In this document: positions 7,683 to 16,857 of the stretch, piece by piece
Position numbering within the stretch: position 1 is the stretch's first letter
Layout of the letters: every line of letters starts with the position of its first letter
Assembly (NCBI GenBank): GCA_964252075.1
Contig: CAXULY010000071.1
Coordinates: 1-18,211, forward strand
From: an uncultured Deinococcaceae bacterium
GTDB lineage: Bacteria; Deinococcota; Deinococci; Deinococcales; Deinococcaceae
Direction of reading: 5' to 3'
DNA: 18,211 nt
Made by a program: the position numbers and the translations under genes
The notes under the pieces: model-generated
What the model was told of the DNA's origin: nothing
Database searches by the model: none
Seen by the model: the letters and a program-made list of their open reading frames with translations, nothing else

Positions 7683-8168
7683 TCACGGTGCGCCGCCCTT
7701 CAAGGTGTCGCGCACCCGCATGAGGGCAAGCCCCAGGAGGTTCTGCCCCCACTGATGGCGGTGCGCGAGGGCGTCGTCCTCGCTGAACCCAATGCCCCAG
7801 ATCGTGTCCGTGGGGGAGGCCTCCACCAGCAGCGCGTCGCCGGTGCCCAGCAGCACCTCACGCAGCTTGGCGTGCTGCCCGAACTTGAGGAGGCAGGCGT
7901 CGAAGGCGACGCCCTCCCGCACGCTCGCCCAGGCCGCGTCGTCGTAGGGCTTCACGGCCCGCCCGAGCTTCTTGCATGCACCGGGGTTCCGCGCGGCGAG
8001 GATGCGCTCGGCGGTCTCGTGGTCTCCGAAGTGGAGGGCCTTGCGGTGCATGATGTACTGCTCGGCCGAGTGGAAAGTGTGGCCGTCCGCGGTGAAAGGG
8101 GAGGGATGGAAGTTGCTGAACGGGTGGGCCGTCCGGTAGAAGAACACGATGCGCTGGTCGCTGGGCAT
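7683..8168 (-). CDS. NADAR (YbiA-like) family protein
   Basis: PFSNF, SAEQYIMHRKALHFGD, KKLGR, KFGQH, LVEASPTDTIWGIG and GQNLLGLALMRVR form the canonical NADAR motif series. Confidence 0.95.
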   Translation of the reverse strand: MPSDQRIVFFYRTAHPFSNFHPSPFTADGHTFHSAEQYIMHRKALHFGDHETAERILAARNPGACKKLGRAVKPYDDAAWASVREGVAFDACLLKFGQHAKLREVLLGTGDALLVEASPTDTIWGIGFSEDDALAHRHQWGQNLLGLALMRVRDTLKGGAP

Positions 8169-8175
8169 GCCCTCG

Positions 8176-8181
8176 AAGGTA
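8176..8181 (-). promoter_or_regulatory. -10 box TACCTT of a leaderless promoter for NADAR
   Basis: Minus strand reads TACCTT-CGAGGGC-ATG(8168). Confidence 0.55.
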
Positions 8182-8325
8182 GCTGAGCCTGGGTGGCACC
8201 GGCATGGTCACCCTGGCGTACGCCATCGCACGGCGTTCATCCTTTCGGGCGCGCCCCCGTCAGATTGACTTCACCTCAAGCTCAATGCGCCCCTCATTGC
8301 GGTGAAATGGAGGGACGCAGAGTCG

Positions 8326-8953
8326 TCACAACACGGGCACGCCAAGGGTCTCGAACATCTCGTAGGTTTGGTCGAGGGGTGCCTGGGGCGGGAAGTACAG
8401 CGCCATCCCGTCGCGCCCACGCGAGAGCAGCACGCGGTAACTGTTGAGCCTCAGCGCGGCTGGGTCCTTAGGCGCTCGCTTCCCAGCCATGCTCCGAGAC
8501 GGTCGAGCACGCCACCTGGAATCACCCCAAGTAAAATCAGACCCCCAACACACGATGGGGAAATCCAACTCGAGCCCTTGACAGACAAACTCCGTCGCAA
8601 TCTCGTGGAATTGGCAGCACGAGGGGAGATCCAATGGGGGGTTGTTGAACCACGACCCCGCTTTGTGGTGTTTTACGCCCCGCATCCACGTGTCGAGGCC
8701 GACCGCCTTGAGGTTGGTGGCCTTGCTGGAGGCGAGCAGGCCATACCGTTTGTCTTCCATGCCCTCATACCGGGCGCGCGTACGCCTGCGCCGCCTCGAG
8801 GTCTCGCGTGATGTACAGCTCGAAGCCCTGCTGACGAATCCTCGGGAGGAGCGTGCGCGCGGCTTCCAGCTCCCCAGCGAGGAGTCGCGTCACCCACGCT
8901 TGCAGGTCCTTCGCGAGGTGGGAGCGCAGAGACACCGTGAGGTCCAGGTGCTC
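8326..8953 (-). pseudogene. C-terminal remnant of a DUF2075 (Schlafen group 3-like DNA/RNA helicase domain) gene; 5'-truncated and frameshifted near 8783
   Basis: EHLDLTVSLRSHLAKDLQAWV...FELYITRDLEAAQAYAR continues in a different frame as RYEGMEDKRYGLLASS...ATEFVCQGLELDFPIVCWGSD...NSYRVLLSRGRDG. No Walker A/B region is visible upstream. Confidence 0.85.
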
Positions 8954-9159
8954 ACCACAGAGACGGCAGGGAAGGCCTCATCGCCACAGGCCCTCGCCGG
9001 CGTGAACCTGTGGCCGCCCAAATGTGGGGGGAACCGCAGGGCAGGCCATGGTGCGCCGTGCCCCGGCCGCTGTGCGGCTCACCTGGTCGCCACGGCGTTT
9101 CAAGTCTGGCGTCACCCCATTGCCTCCTGACCCCCACCAGACCCGTGGTGATGACCGGG

Positions 9160-9759
9160 TCATGGTGTGGGACTCAGCGCCGCTCGCTCGATGACCGCGT
9201 CGATGAGGCCGTACGCCTGTGCCTGCTCAGGGGTCAGAAAATGGTCGCGTGCCGTGTCCCGCAACAACTGCGCTGGGGCGACCGACGTGTGCTGGTGCAG
9301 CAGGGCCACCAGGCGATCCCGCAGGTACAGTACCTCATTGGCCTGCACCTCCAGGTCCGGGGTGTTGCCCTGAAAGCCCGCGCTGCCCTGGTGAATCATG
9401 ATGCGGCTGTTCGGTGTGGCGAATCGCTTGCCGGACGCGCCCGCCGACAGCACCACGCTGCCCATGCTCATGGCGATGCCCACGCAGATGGTCGAGACGG
9501 GCGCCTTGATGTACTGCATGGTGTCGTAGATCGCGAGGCCCGCGTACACCTCACCGCCGGGGCAGTTGATGTACAGCTGAATCTCACGCTCGGGGTTCTG
9601 GCTGTCGAGCAGCAGCAACTGCGCCACGATGGTGTTCGCCACATGGCTGTCGATCGGCGTGCCCAGGAAAACAATCCGGTCCTTCAGGAGCCGCGAGTAG
9701 ATGTCGTAGCTGCGTTCACCGCGGGCCGTCTGCTCGATCACGTACGGAATGACGCTCAT
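9160..9759 (-). CDS. clpP: ATP-dependent Clp protease proteolytic subunit (paralogue, 199 aa)
   Basis: [11 protein letters not shown]...[22 protein letters not shown], and the triad Ser (AMSMGS), His (IMIHQG), Asp (RDHF). Confidence 0.96.
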   Translation of the reverse strand: MSVIPYVIEQTARGERSYDIYSRLLKDRIVFLGTPIDSHVANTIVAQLLLLDSQNPEREIQLYINCPGGEVYAGLAIYDTMQYIKAPVSTICVGIAMSMGSVVLSAGASGKRFATPNSRIMIHQGSAGFQGNTPDLEVQANEVLYLRDRLVALLHQHTSVAPAQLLRDTARDHFLTPEQAQAYGLIDAVIERAALSPTP

Positions 9760-9912
9760 GCCGCAGCGTCCGGCAGGTGGGGGTGCCGCCGCAACGCCCC
9801 TTCTTGCGTCCAAAGCACCCCGCGGTGGCGAGCGCCGCCGCCAGCGGGTGCCGTGCACCCACCGGGCGCGTTTGAGCGCACGAAAGGACACGACCCACCC
9901 CGCGGCGCGCGC

Positions 9913-9918
9913 TACGGT
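9913..9918 (+). promoter_or_regulatory. -10 box TACGGT of a leaderless promoter for the Ada-like gene
   Basis: TACGGT-GAGGGC-ATG(9925). Confidence 0.6.
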
Positions 9919-9924
9919 GAGGGC

Positions 9925-10905
9925 ATGACGCGCTTGATTGTCCCGGAAGGATCCGCGCGCGACGCCTCGCGGTGGCGGGCGGTGGCCCAGCGGGATGCGC
10001 GCGCGGACGGCGCGTTTTACGTGGCGAACCGGCGGACGGGCACGTACTGCCGCCCCTCATGCGCGTCCCGGCATCCCGAGCCGTCCCAGGTGGTCTTCCT
10101 GTCGTCTTTGGCCGCGGCGCGGGCGGGACACTGGCGCGCCTGCCGGCGCTGCACCCCGGAATTCGTCACGCGCCGGGAGTGGGTGATGGCGCGCGTGCTG
10201 TCCGCCTTGGAGCGTCCCGAACCCGCCCCTTCGCTGGCGAGGCTGGCCGACGAGGTGCGGTTGACGCCGTCGCACCTGCAGCGCCTGTTCACGCGCGCGG
10301 TGGGCCTGAGTCCGAAACGCTACGCGCTGGCCTGCTGCGACGCCCGCTTCCGCGCGCACCTCAGCGCCGGCAGCAGTGTGACCGACGCGCTGTACGCCGC
10401 CGGTTACCCCGCCCCCCGAAGCATGTACCGCCGCGCCACCGACACGCTGGGCATGACGCCATCCGCCTACCGCGCCGGAGGCGCCGGTGAGGTGGTGCTC
10501 TACACGCTGTCCCGCTCAGCGGGGGGCCGCGCGGTGCTGGCCCGCACGGGCCGCGGGGTGTGCCTGGCGCGGTGGGACCGAACGGCGGACCTGAGGGCGC
10601 AGTTCCACCAGGCGTGGCTGGTGCGTGACGACGCCAGGCTTCGCCCGGACATGGACCTCCTGAAGGACCAGATCCGGACCCTGCACGCGGCGCGAAACCC
10701 CGAGGGCTTCGCCGCCGTGCAGCGGCTGATCCGCGGCCTGCCCGGGGGCGCGGCGTGGCGCTATGCGGACGTCGCCGACCGCCTGACCGGGCCCGCAGAT
10801 GAGCGGCAGGTCGCGCGCCTGGCCGCGGCACCCCCCGCCGTGCTGGTGCTGCCCACGGCGTCCCCTGCGCCCGCAGGGGGCACGGGGTACCGCCTGGCCG
10901 CGTGA
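9925..10905 (+). CDS. Ada-like regulator (Zn-binding + AraC HTH) with a degenerate C-terminal methyltransferase domain (326 aa)
   Basis: [12 protein letters not shown]...TGTYCRPSC...RACRRC (4 Cys); HTH SPKRY and [12 protein letters not shown]. The C-terminus has [11 protein letters not shown] where PCHR is expected. Confidence 0.88.
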   Translation: MTRLIVPEGSARDASRWRAVAQRDARADGAFYVANRRTGTYCRPSCASRHPEPSQVVFLSSLAAARAGHWRACRRCTPEFVTRREWVMARVLSALERPEPAPSLARLADEVRLTPSHLQRLFTRAVGLSPKRYALACCDARFRAHLSAGSSVTDALYAAGYPAPRSMYRRATDTLGMTPSAYRAGGAGEVVLYTLSRSAGGRAVLARTGRGVCLARWDRTADLRAQFHQAWLVRDDARLRPDMDLLKDQIRTLHAARNPEGFAAVQRLIRGLPGGAAWRYADVADRLTGPADERQVARLAAAPPAVLVLPTASPAPAGGTGYRLAA

Positions 10906-11112
10906 CCTGAAAACCTGAACGGAATGGGGCGGCACCGGTTCGGCGCGCGGCGGCGCGCCCATGGTGGACGGGGGAGGGCCAGACGGGTCAGCCACCGGCC
11001 GCGCGACGCGCTCGGACCATGACGCGAGCCGTCAGGGTGGGCGCCCTGGCGCCTGTTGGGCCGGGTCTGATTCACCCGGTGACGCCGTGGCCCCCTGACC
11101 GTTGGGTGCGTC

Positions 11113-11883
11113 TCAACGGGTGGCGCCGCACGTGACGTCCAGCGCGCTGGCGGTCATGGCGGTGGCGAGGTCGGACGCGGCCAGCACGGCGGCCTGCCCG
11201 ATCTCCGCGAGTCTCGGCAGGCGGCGCAGGGCCGCGCCGCGGCTGACGCGCGCCTCGAACTCCGCGCGGGTGAGGCCCGCGCGCTGGGCGTGCTGCCCGA
11301 ACACGTCATCCACGCCAGGCGCGTCGGGCGACCCGGCGGAGGTCAGGGTCAGCACCCGCACGCCGTGCGGACCCACCTCCAGCGCCAGCTGACGCAGGAG
11401 GAGGGCCGTGGCGGCGCACGCGACGCCGAAGCCCCCGTGCTCCGCCACGGGCACCTGCGCGGTGAGGGCCAGGATCACGCCGGAGCCCGCGCGCGTCATG
11501 TGCCGCGCCGCGGCCGTGGCGGTGATGAAGTGCGTGGTGACCGCGAGTTGCACGGGGCGCAGCACGTCCGCCAACGCCATGTCGGTGAGCGCCGCGCCCT
11601 GCAGGTCCTCGAGGCCGATCGCGTTGAAGCTCACGTCGAGGCGGCCGGTCCGGTCGAGCAGGTCGTCCAGGTGGCGCTGCACGGCGTCAGCGTCGGTGGC
11701 GTCCACGCGGGCCGCGTGGGCCCGCCCGCCCGCCGCGGTGATGTCGCGCGCCACGGCCTCGACCGCCGCGCCGGAACGCCCCGCGAGGCACACCGTCGCA
11801 CCGTGCTGCGCGAAGGCGCGCGCCACCGCACCGCCGACGGCGCCCGCGCCGTACACCACCGCGATTTTGTCTCTGAGCAGCAT
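11113..11883 (-). CDS. SDR family oxidoreductase, atypical active site (256 aa)
   Basis: KIAVVYGAGAVGGAVA Rossmann motif, GRLDVSFNAIG, EVGPHGVRV. RBS AGGAGGT before ATG 11883. Confidence 0.92.
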   Translation of the reverse strand: MLLRDKIAVVYGAGAVGGAVARAFAQHGATVCLAGRSGAAVEAVARDITAAGGRAHAARVDATDADAVQRHLDDLLDRTGRLDVSFNAIGLEDLQGAALTDMALADVLRPVQLAVTTHFITATAAARHMTRAGSGVILALTAQVPVAEHGGFGVACAATALLLRQLALEVGPHGVRVLTLTSAGSPDAPGVDDVFGQHAQRAGLTRAEFEARVSRGAALRRLPRLAEIGQAAVLAASDLATAMTASALDVTCGATR

Positions 11884-11992
11884 GTCCACCTCCTGGTGTG
11901 CGGTCATGAGGATCCGCATGAAGGCCCTGGCAGGAGCCGCGCCGCTCGACCGTCACCGAGCACGTGGGCGTTCCACGCGGGGTTCCGGCCCA

Positions 11993-12793
11993 TCAAGCGC
12001 GGCTCACCGCGGTCCGGAAGGCGGTCACGATGGGCGGCAAGAGGGGAGAGGTCAGCAGGGTGTGGTGCGTCGTGCCGGGCAGCACGGCCAGCTGGTGCGG
12101 CGCGCTTCCCGCGCCGTTCCAGCCGCCGTCCCTGAGGCCCCCGCCCAGCAGGGCGAAGCACTCGGCGGCGTGGGCGGGGGGGAACTGGTCGGCGTCCCCG
12201 CACACCAGCAGCACTGGACCCGTGAGGGCGCCCACGTCCGCCGTCCAGTCGAAATCGCCGCCCATCGCCTCCCCGACCCGCTGGACGAGCCGCGGCCACG
12301 CCTCCGGGTGCGGCGCGAGTCGCGTGTACAGCTGGTGCGGTGGGCTGTCCAGGAGCGCCTCGGCGAGGTGCGGCCCCCACGCGTTCAGCCCGGCCTGAAC
12401 GTCCGCGTGGCGCGCGGCACTCCTGAACGGAAAGGACAACACCATCAGGCTGCGCAGCAGGCTCGGGTGCTGCAGCGCGAGGCGCGCGGCGACGCCGCCG
12501 CCCATGGAGTACCCCAGCACGTCCGCCCGCGGGATGGCGAGGTGCGCCAGCAACGCCGCGACGTCGTCCGCGAGGGTTTCCAGGCGCATGGGGCGGTCGA
12601 TGTCGGCGGTGCGCCCGTGCGCCTGCAGGTCCACCACCAGCACCGGCCATGACGCGGGCAGCGCCGCCACGAGGCCCTCGAAGGCCGTCCCGGCCTCCAG
12701 GGCGCCGTGCAGGAGCACCAGCGGCACCGCGCCCTCCGCTGCGGCGCGCCACTCGTGGTACATGCGCAGGCCCTGCACCTCCGCGTGACTCAC
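11993..12793 (-). CDS. Alpha/beta fold hydrolase (266 aa)
   Basis: LLHGAL, DLQAHGRT, nucleophile GYSMG, GDAD and GTTHH. GTG start overlaps the upstream stop (GTGA), with RBS GGGAGG. Confidence 0.93.
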   Translation of the reverse strand: MSHAEVQGLRMYHEWRAAAEGAVPLVLLHGALEAGTAFEGLVAALPASWPVLVVDLQAHGRTADIDRPMRLETLADDVAALLAHLAIPRADVLGYSMGGGVAARLALQHPSLLRSLMVLSFPFRSAARHADVQAGLNAWGPHLAEALLDSPPHQLYTRLAPHPEAWPRLVQRVGEAMGGDFDWTADVGALTGPVLLVCGDADQFPPAHAAECFALLGGGLRDGGWNGAGSAPHQLAVLPGTTHHTLLTSPLLPPIVTAFRTAVSRA

Positions 12794-13290
12794 GCGCCCT
12801 CCCGCACGGGCTGCACCAGGCGCGTGCGTCCCTGGGTGGCGTCCGCCCAGGTCGTCCGGTCCGTGTCGTGGGCCGCCAGATCGATCCATTCATACACCTC
12901 CCAGGCGGCGCCCTCCGGCGCGCGGTTCATGGCGCTCAGCGCGTCCCGCACCCGCCCGTACGCCCGGCCCAGCTGGACGTGCGGGCCATCGTGCTCGGTC
13001 ACGAAGGCCGGACCGCCCGGCAGGTGGCCGGCCTGAATGGCGCCCGCTCCGGGCGCATCCTGACGCAGCGGCACGCCGACTTCCACGTCGGTCACCGTCT
13101 CCCCGAAGGTGTGGTAGCGGACGTAGGGCGGGCCCGCCACCTCCAGCTGATGGCTGTGGACATGATCGTGCAGGGCGCGCAGGCGCGCGCCGTGTGAGGC
13201 GCCGAGGTGCGCGATGGGCACCTCGCCCCGGATGCTGAGGGTGGGCTGGGCGTGAAGTTGCACCAGGATTGTGGAGTCGGGATCAGACAT
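12790..13290 (-). CDS. GyrI-like small-molecule-binding domain protein (166 aa)
   Basis: QPTLSIR, AGPPYVRYH, DVEVGVP, LPGG...HDGPHVQLGRAY and WEVY. RBS AGGTGA before ATG 13290. Confidence 0.88.
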   Translation of the reverse strand: MSDPDSTILVQLHAQPTLSIRGEVPIAHLGASHGARLRALHDHVHSHQLEVAGPPYVRYHTFGETVTDVEVGVPLRQDAPGAGAIQAGHLPGGPAFVTEHDGPHVQLGRAYGRVRDALSAMNRAPEGAAWEVYEWIDLAAHDTDRTTWADATQGRTRLVQPVREGA

Positions 13291-13951
13291 GGAATCACCT
13301 GCTGGAGAGGAGGGGTGGAATTGGCCCAACGGGATGAACACGGCGCGGCGGCCCGATGGACGCCGCAGCCCACGCATGCCCAGTCCCACCATGGCGGACG
13401 CGAATGCAGCGGTCTTGAATGAAACGGCAGCCCTCCGGAAGACGGTCGGTGCGGCACCGGGGGGCGTTCCATGACGCGCGGGCGGACCGGCGGACCACGC
13501 CCGGGGGCGAGGACGGTCATCACGACCGCAGCGCGGCTGGATGGGGGAGGGTGGCGCGCACCGCAGTCGCCTGTAGGTCGAGCGGTCCGTGGCGCATGCA
13601 GGCGGCTCCGTCAGCTGGGCGCTGGCGGTGCGGACCGACCCGCGCGGCGCCCCTCGGTCCCACACGGAAAGCCCGACGCATCAGCCGTTCAGCGGGGCGT
13701 TCCCTGATCGCTTCGAGGGCGGCGACCCGTGGGGCAAAGCAAGACCACAGCGACCGCGTCAGCTCCGGTTCCGCCCATCCGCGGGGCAATGGACGCTCTG
13801 GTGGCGAAACCCACACCCGCCGCGCCACCTCACCCCAACCCCGAATGCCCTTGCGCCCTGCAGCCTCGCGGCGGCGGACTGGCCCGTTCCCGGACGCCCA
13901 GGGTGGGCCGTCATCGCCCGCGCCGGGTGGCGCTCGCCGCATGCCGTCAGA

Positions 13952-13978
13952 CCGGCCGCCGGAAGTGGCCGGCGTTTT
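13952..13978 (+). terminator. Possible weak intrinsic terminator
   Basis: CCGGCCGC-CGGAA-GTGGCCGG: 8-bp stem (one G-U), followed by CGTTTT. No upstream + strand gene identified. Confidence 0.3.
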
Positions 13979-14268
13979 GACGCACAACTGGTCCTTCCCC
14001 AGTCACCCGTTCAGCTTTACTGTGGCAGGCAGCCGCGCGGAGCACCGCACGGCACGCGCGACCTTGCCGCCCCTCCCTCACCTGTTCCCTGTGCGGCCTG
14101 ACGCTGGCGGCGCCCCGCGCCTCCCAGGCGTGACCGCCCCTGTCGGCCCGGATCGTTCAGGGCGCGGTCCACCTGCACCACACCACCGCTGGAGGCCCCC
14201 ATGCACCGCACCCACCCCGGCCTGCCCCCAGGTCACACGGCGCACATCCCCGAAGGGTGGGGGTGAGC

Positions 14269-15330
14269 GTGGCGCGGGTCACCATGGCGGACGTGGCGCG
14301 GCGCGCGAACGTGTCTGTGGCGACCGTCTCGCGCGTGCTGAGTGGCGGCGCGACCACCACGCAGCACACCCGCGCGACCGTGCTGGCCGCCGTGCGCAGC
14401 GTCGGGTACACCAGTCCCCACGCGCGGCGACAGGCGGCGGCCCCACCCTCCCGCTGCATCGGTGTGCTCGTCCCCGCGGTGGGCGGCGCGTACGTCGAGG
14501 ACTTCCTGGCGGGCGTGCACCTCAGCGCCGCACAGCGCGGTTTTCAACCCCTCATCGTGAGCGGCCACGGGCACGCCCCGCAAGAGGTGCGGGCCATTCA
14601 GTCCCTCAGGGGACACGCGGTCGGCGCCCTCATCGTTCAGGACGGCGCCCTGTCCGACGTGACGCTGCGCCAGCAGGCGAACCGCGTGCCGCTCGTCACC
14701 GTCGGCCGCTGGGCGTCCGGCACGGGCCTGGTGGAGCTGCACATCGACCAGGAGGCGGCCGCGCACGCCGCCGTCCGGTACCTGCTGGACCTCGGCCACC
14801 GCGACATCGCGCACCTGGCCGGCCCGCGGCACCACCCGCACGCCGCTCGCCGCCTCGCCGGGTACCGCCGGGCCCTGAGCGAAGCGGGCCTCGCCGTGTC
14901 CGCGCCGCTGGTCGTGCGGGGTGACTTCCTGCGCGCCGGGGGCCAGCGGGGCATGGACACGCTTCTGGCGCGCGCGGCGCCTTTCACGGCGGTGTTCGCC
15001 GCGAACGACGAGATGGCGCTCGGCGCGATGCGCGCCCTGCGCCGCCACGGTCGGTGCGTCCCCAGGGACGTGTCCATCGTCGGCTTCGACGACCTGCGGG
15101 GCCTGTCCACGGAGGGCCTCGGTCCGTCCCTCACGACGGTCCACCAGCCGATCTTCGAGATGGGCGTGACGGCCGGCGCCGCCGCGGTCGCGCTGGCGTG
15201 TGACGAGCCGCCCCCCACCCGCACCTTTGAGGCGCCGGTGGTGCCGCGCGCGACCTGCGCCCGTCGCGCTGACCCATCCGGGGCGCCGCGGGGTTCGACC
15301 GGCGCGGGCCGTCACGCGCCACGTCCGTGA
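14269..15330 (+). CDS. LacI family transcriptional regulator
   Basis: VTMADVARRANVSVATVSRVL HTH, YLLDLGHRDIAHL, AVFAANDEMALG, VPRDVSIVGFDD and PSLTTVHQP. The start could be at 14257, 14263 or 14269. Confidence 0.95.
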   Translation: MARVTMADVARRANVSVATVSRVLSGGATTTQHTRATVLAAVRSVGYTSPHARRQAAAPPSRCIGVLVPAVGGAYVEDFLAGVHLSAAQRGFQPLIVSGHGHAPQEVRAIQSLRGHAVGALIVQDGALSDVTLRQQANRVPLVTVGRWASGTGLVELHIDQEAAAHAAVRYLLDLGHRDIAHLAGPRHHPHAARRLAGYRRALSEAGLAVSAPLVVRGDFLRAGGQRGMDTLLARAAPFTAVFAANDEMALGAMRALRRHGRCVPRDVSIVGFDDLRGLSTEGLGPSLTTVHQPIFEMGVTAGAAAVALACDEPPPTRTFEAPVVPRATCARRADPSGAPRGSTGAGRHAPRP

Positions 15331-15365
15331 CCGCGACGTGCGCACCGGGCCGGCCCCGCCGAGGT

Positions 15366-16034
15366 TCAGGGCGACGGGCGCAGCTGTGCGGGGGTGCGGC
15401 CGATCCAGCGGCGCACGGCCCGCGTGAGGTGCGGCTGGTCCGCGTATCCCGCGAGGAACACCACGTCCGCGATCGCCACCCCTCGCCGTAACAGCTCCGC
15501 GGCTTCCTGTGCACGCGCCACCTGGCGGATCTGGGTGAGTGTGAGGCCCGCCGTCCGCGCGAAGTGGTCGCGCAACGTCCGGTCCGGCACCTGAATGGGG
15601 CCGCCGGTCAGCGCGGCGTGCACCAGCGGATCGCGCCGCAACAGGCCCTGGCGCGCCAGGCGCTCGACGAACACCTCGGCGTGGTCGAAGTCCGGGGCGT
15701 CCCACGCGGCGCCGTGCAGCCAGAAGCGCCCACCCGGCGCGGCGGGCAGCGGAACTTCCTGGTCCACCAGCGTCCTGAGGGGGTGCTGCGGCATGAAGGT
15801 GCCGGGCCGGAAGCGGATCCACAGGAGGTCGGCGTCCGCACCCCACGACGCGACGCCCGCCCGGCTTTTCGGGCCGACCAGCAGCGCGCGCCGCTGCCCC
15901 TCGCGGCGCACGAACACCAGGTGCCAGTCGTGCTCCGCTGGGCGCAGCGCGGCGCCCGCCGACCCGGTCCGCCCCTGCATCACGAGGGCAATGAGCGGCT
16001 GGTCCGAGGCGCGGGCTGTGGACGTGATGTTCAT
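15366..16034 (-). CDS. AraC family transcriptional regulator (222 aa)
   Basis: C-terminal IADVVFLAGYADQPHLTRAVRRWIGRTP; N-terminal beta-rich domain with WIRFRPG. Confidence 0.9.
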   Translation of the reverse strand: MNITSTARASDQPLIALVMQGRTGSAGAALRPAEHDWHLVFVRREGQRRALLVGPKSRAGVASWGADADLLWIRFRPGTFMPQHPLRTLVDQEVPLPAAPGGRFWLHGAAWDAPDFDHAEVFVERLARQGLLRRDPLVHAALTGGPIQVPDRTLRDHFARTAGLTLTQIRQVARAQEAAELLRRGVAIADVVFLAGYADQPHLTRAVRRWIGRTPAQLRPSP

Positions 16035-16368
16035 GGGTGAACGGCGAACGTGCACGGTCGCCGGTCCGCCTGCGGGCGGTTCACCAGCCGCGCCCAGCGC
16101 CCCTCGCCGCCGCGCGATCCTGGGCGTCCTCCGGTGCCGTCCAGAACCTCGGTGCGCGACCATCCTGCCCCAGGCGCTGGGCGGAAGCGGGACAGCGCCG
16201 GCGGGCGGGGCATGCCGGCGAGCATACCGCGCGGTGATGACCTCCGGCGCCCACGCGCCGCGGGCCGAACGGCGCACCGCGGTGGGCCACCCCGACGGAC
16301 GCGCGGTGCGGCCCGCCGAAGGCGTCCGCCGTCCTTCACGAAGGTCCATGGCCGCCGTGCCCGACCGG

Positions 16369-16857
16369 TCAACGCCGAGCTTCCGTGAAGGCCGCGAGCT
16401 GCTCGAGGCTCTCGTGCAGGCCGACCTCGTGGTCGTGGGCGGTGATGCCGACGGGCACGTCCTCACAGCGGATGGTGACGCGGGTGCCTGCGGCGACGGG
16501 TTCGAAACGCCACGTCATGGTCATGGTGCCACCGAAGGCCGGATCGTCCGACTGGAAGTCAATGGCCTGCACGATCAGCGCGTCCGGTACAAGGCGCGTG
16601 AACCGACCGCGAACCACGTCGCTGTGGTCCGAGCTTTTCCCGCGCGCGGCGTGCGCCTCACCCCGGTACGTCAGGGTCATGCTGAAGCGTCCACCTTCCC
16701 GCGCTTCGAAAGCCTCCAGGTGTCCGCGCATGCCCTGTGGGGGGAGCCACGCCATCAGGCTGTGCGGATGCATCCACGCCGAATACAGCGCGTGACACGA
16801 CGCCTGGATGATCCGTGAGGCGGTGTCGGTCCGTCCCCCCGCTGGTCCGCGATTCAT
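16369..16857 (-). CDS. SRPBCC/AHSA1 domain protein (162 aa)
   Basis: LYSAWMHP...WLPPQGM...FEAREGGRFSMTL...GRFTRLVPD...GTRVTI...DHEVGLHESLEQLAAF. Confidence 0.92.
   Translation of the reverse strand: MNRGPAGGRTDTASRIIQASCHALYSAWMHPHSLMAWLPPQGMRGHLEAFEAREGGRFSMTLTYRGEAHAARGKSSDHSDVVRGRFTRLVPDALIVQAIDFQSDDPAFGGTMTMTWRFEPVAAGTRVTIRCEDVPVGITAHDHEVGLHESLEQLAAFTEARR

Noticed and set aside
7454..7683. Minus-strand frame MAEPLTKDLHG... overlapping the NADAR stop
   Set aside because: No recognisable motif, and it runs antisense into the ARPP-like gene; at most a remnant.
8264..8286. Imperfect palindrome ATTGACT-N9-GCTCAAT (HAIR- or MerR-operator-like)
   Set aside because: The spacer is 9 rather than the 7 of HAIR, and no properly spaced -10 follows TTGACT.
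13660..13700. GGAAAGCCCGACGCA resembling a c-di-GMP-I riboswitch
   Set aside because: It lacks the upstream GGCAAA element, the P2 stem and the downstream conserved motif.
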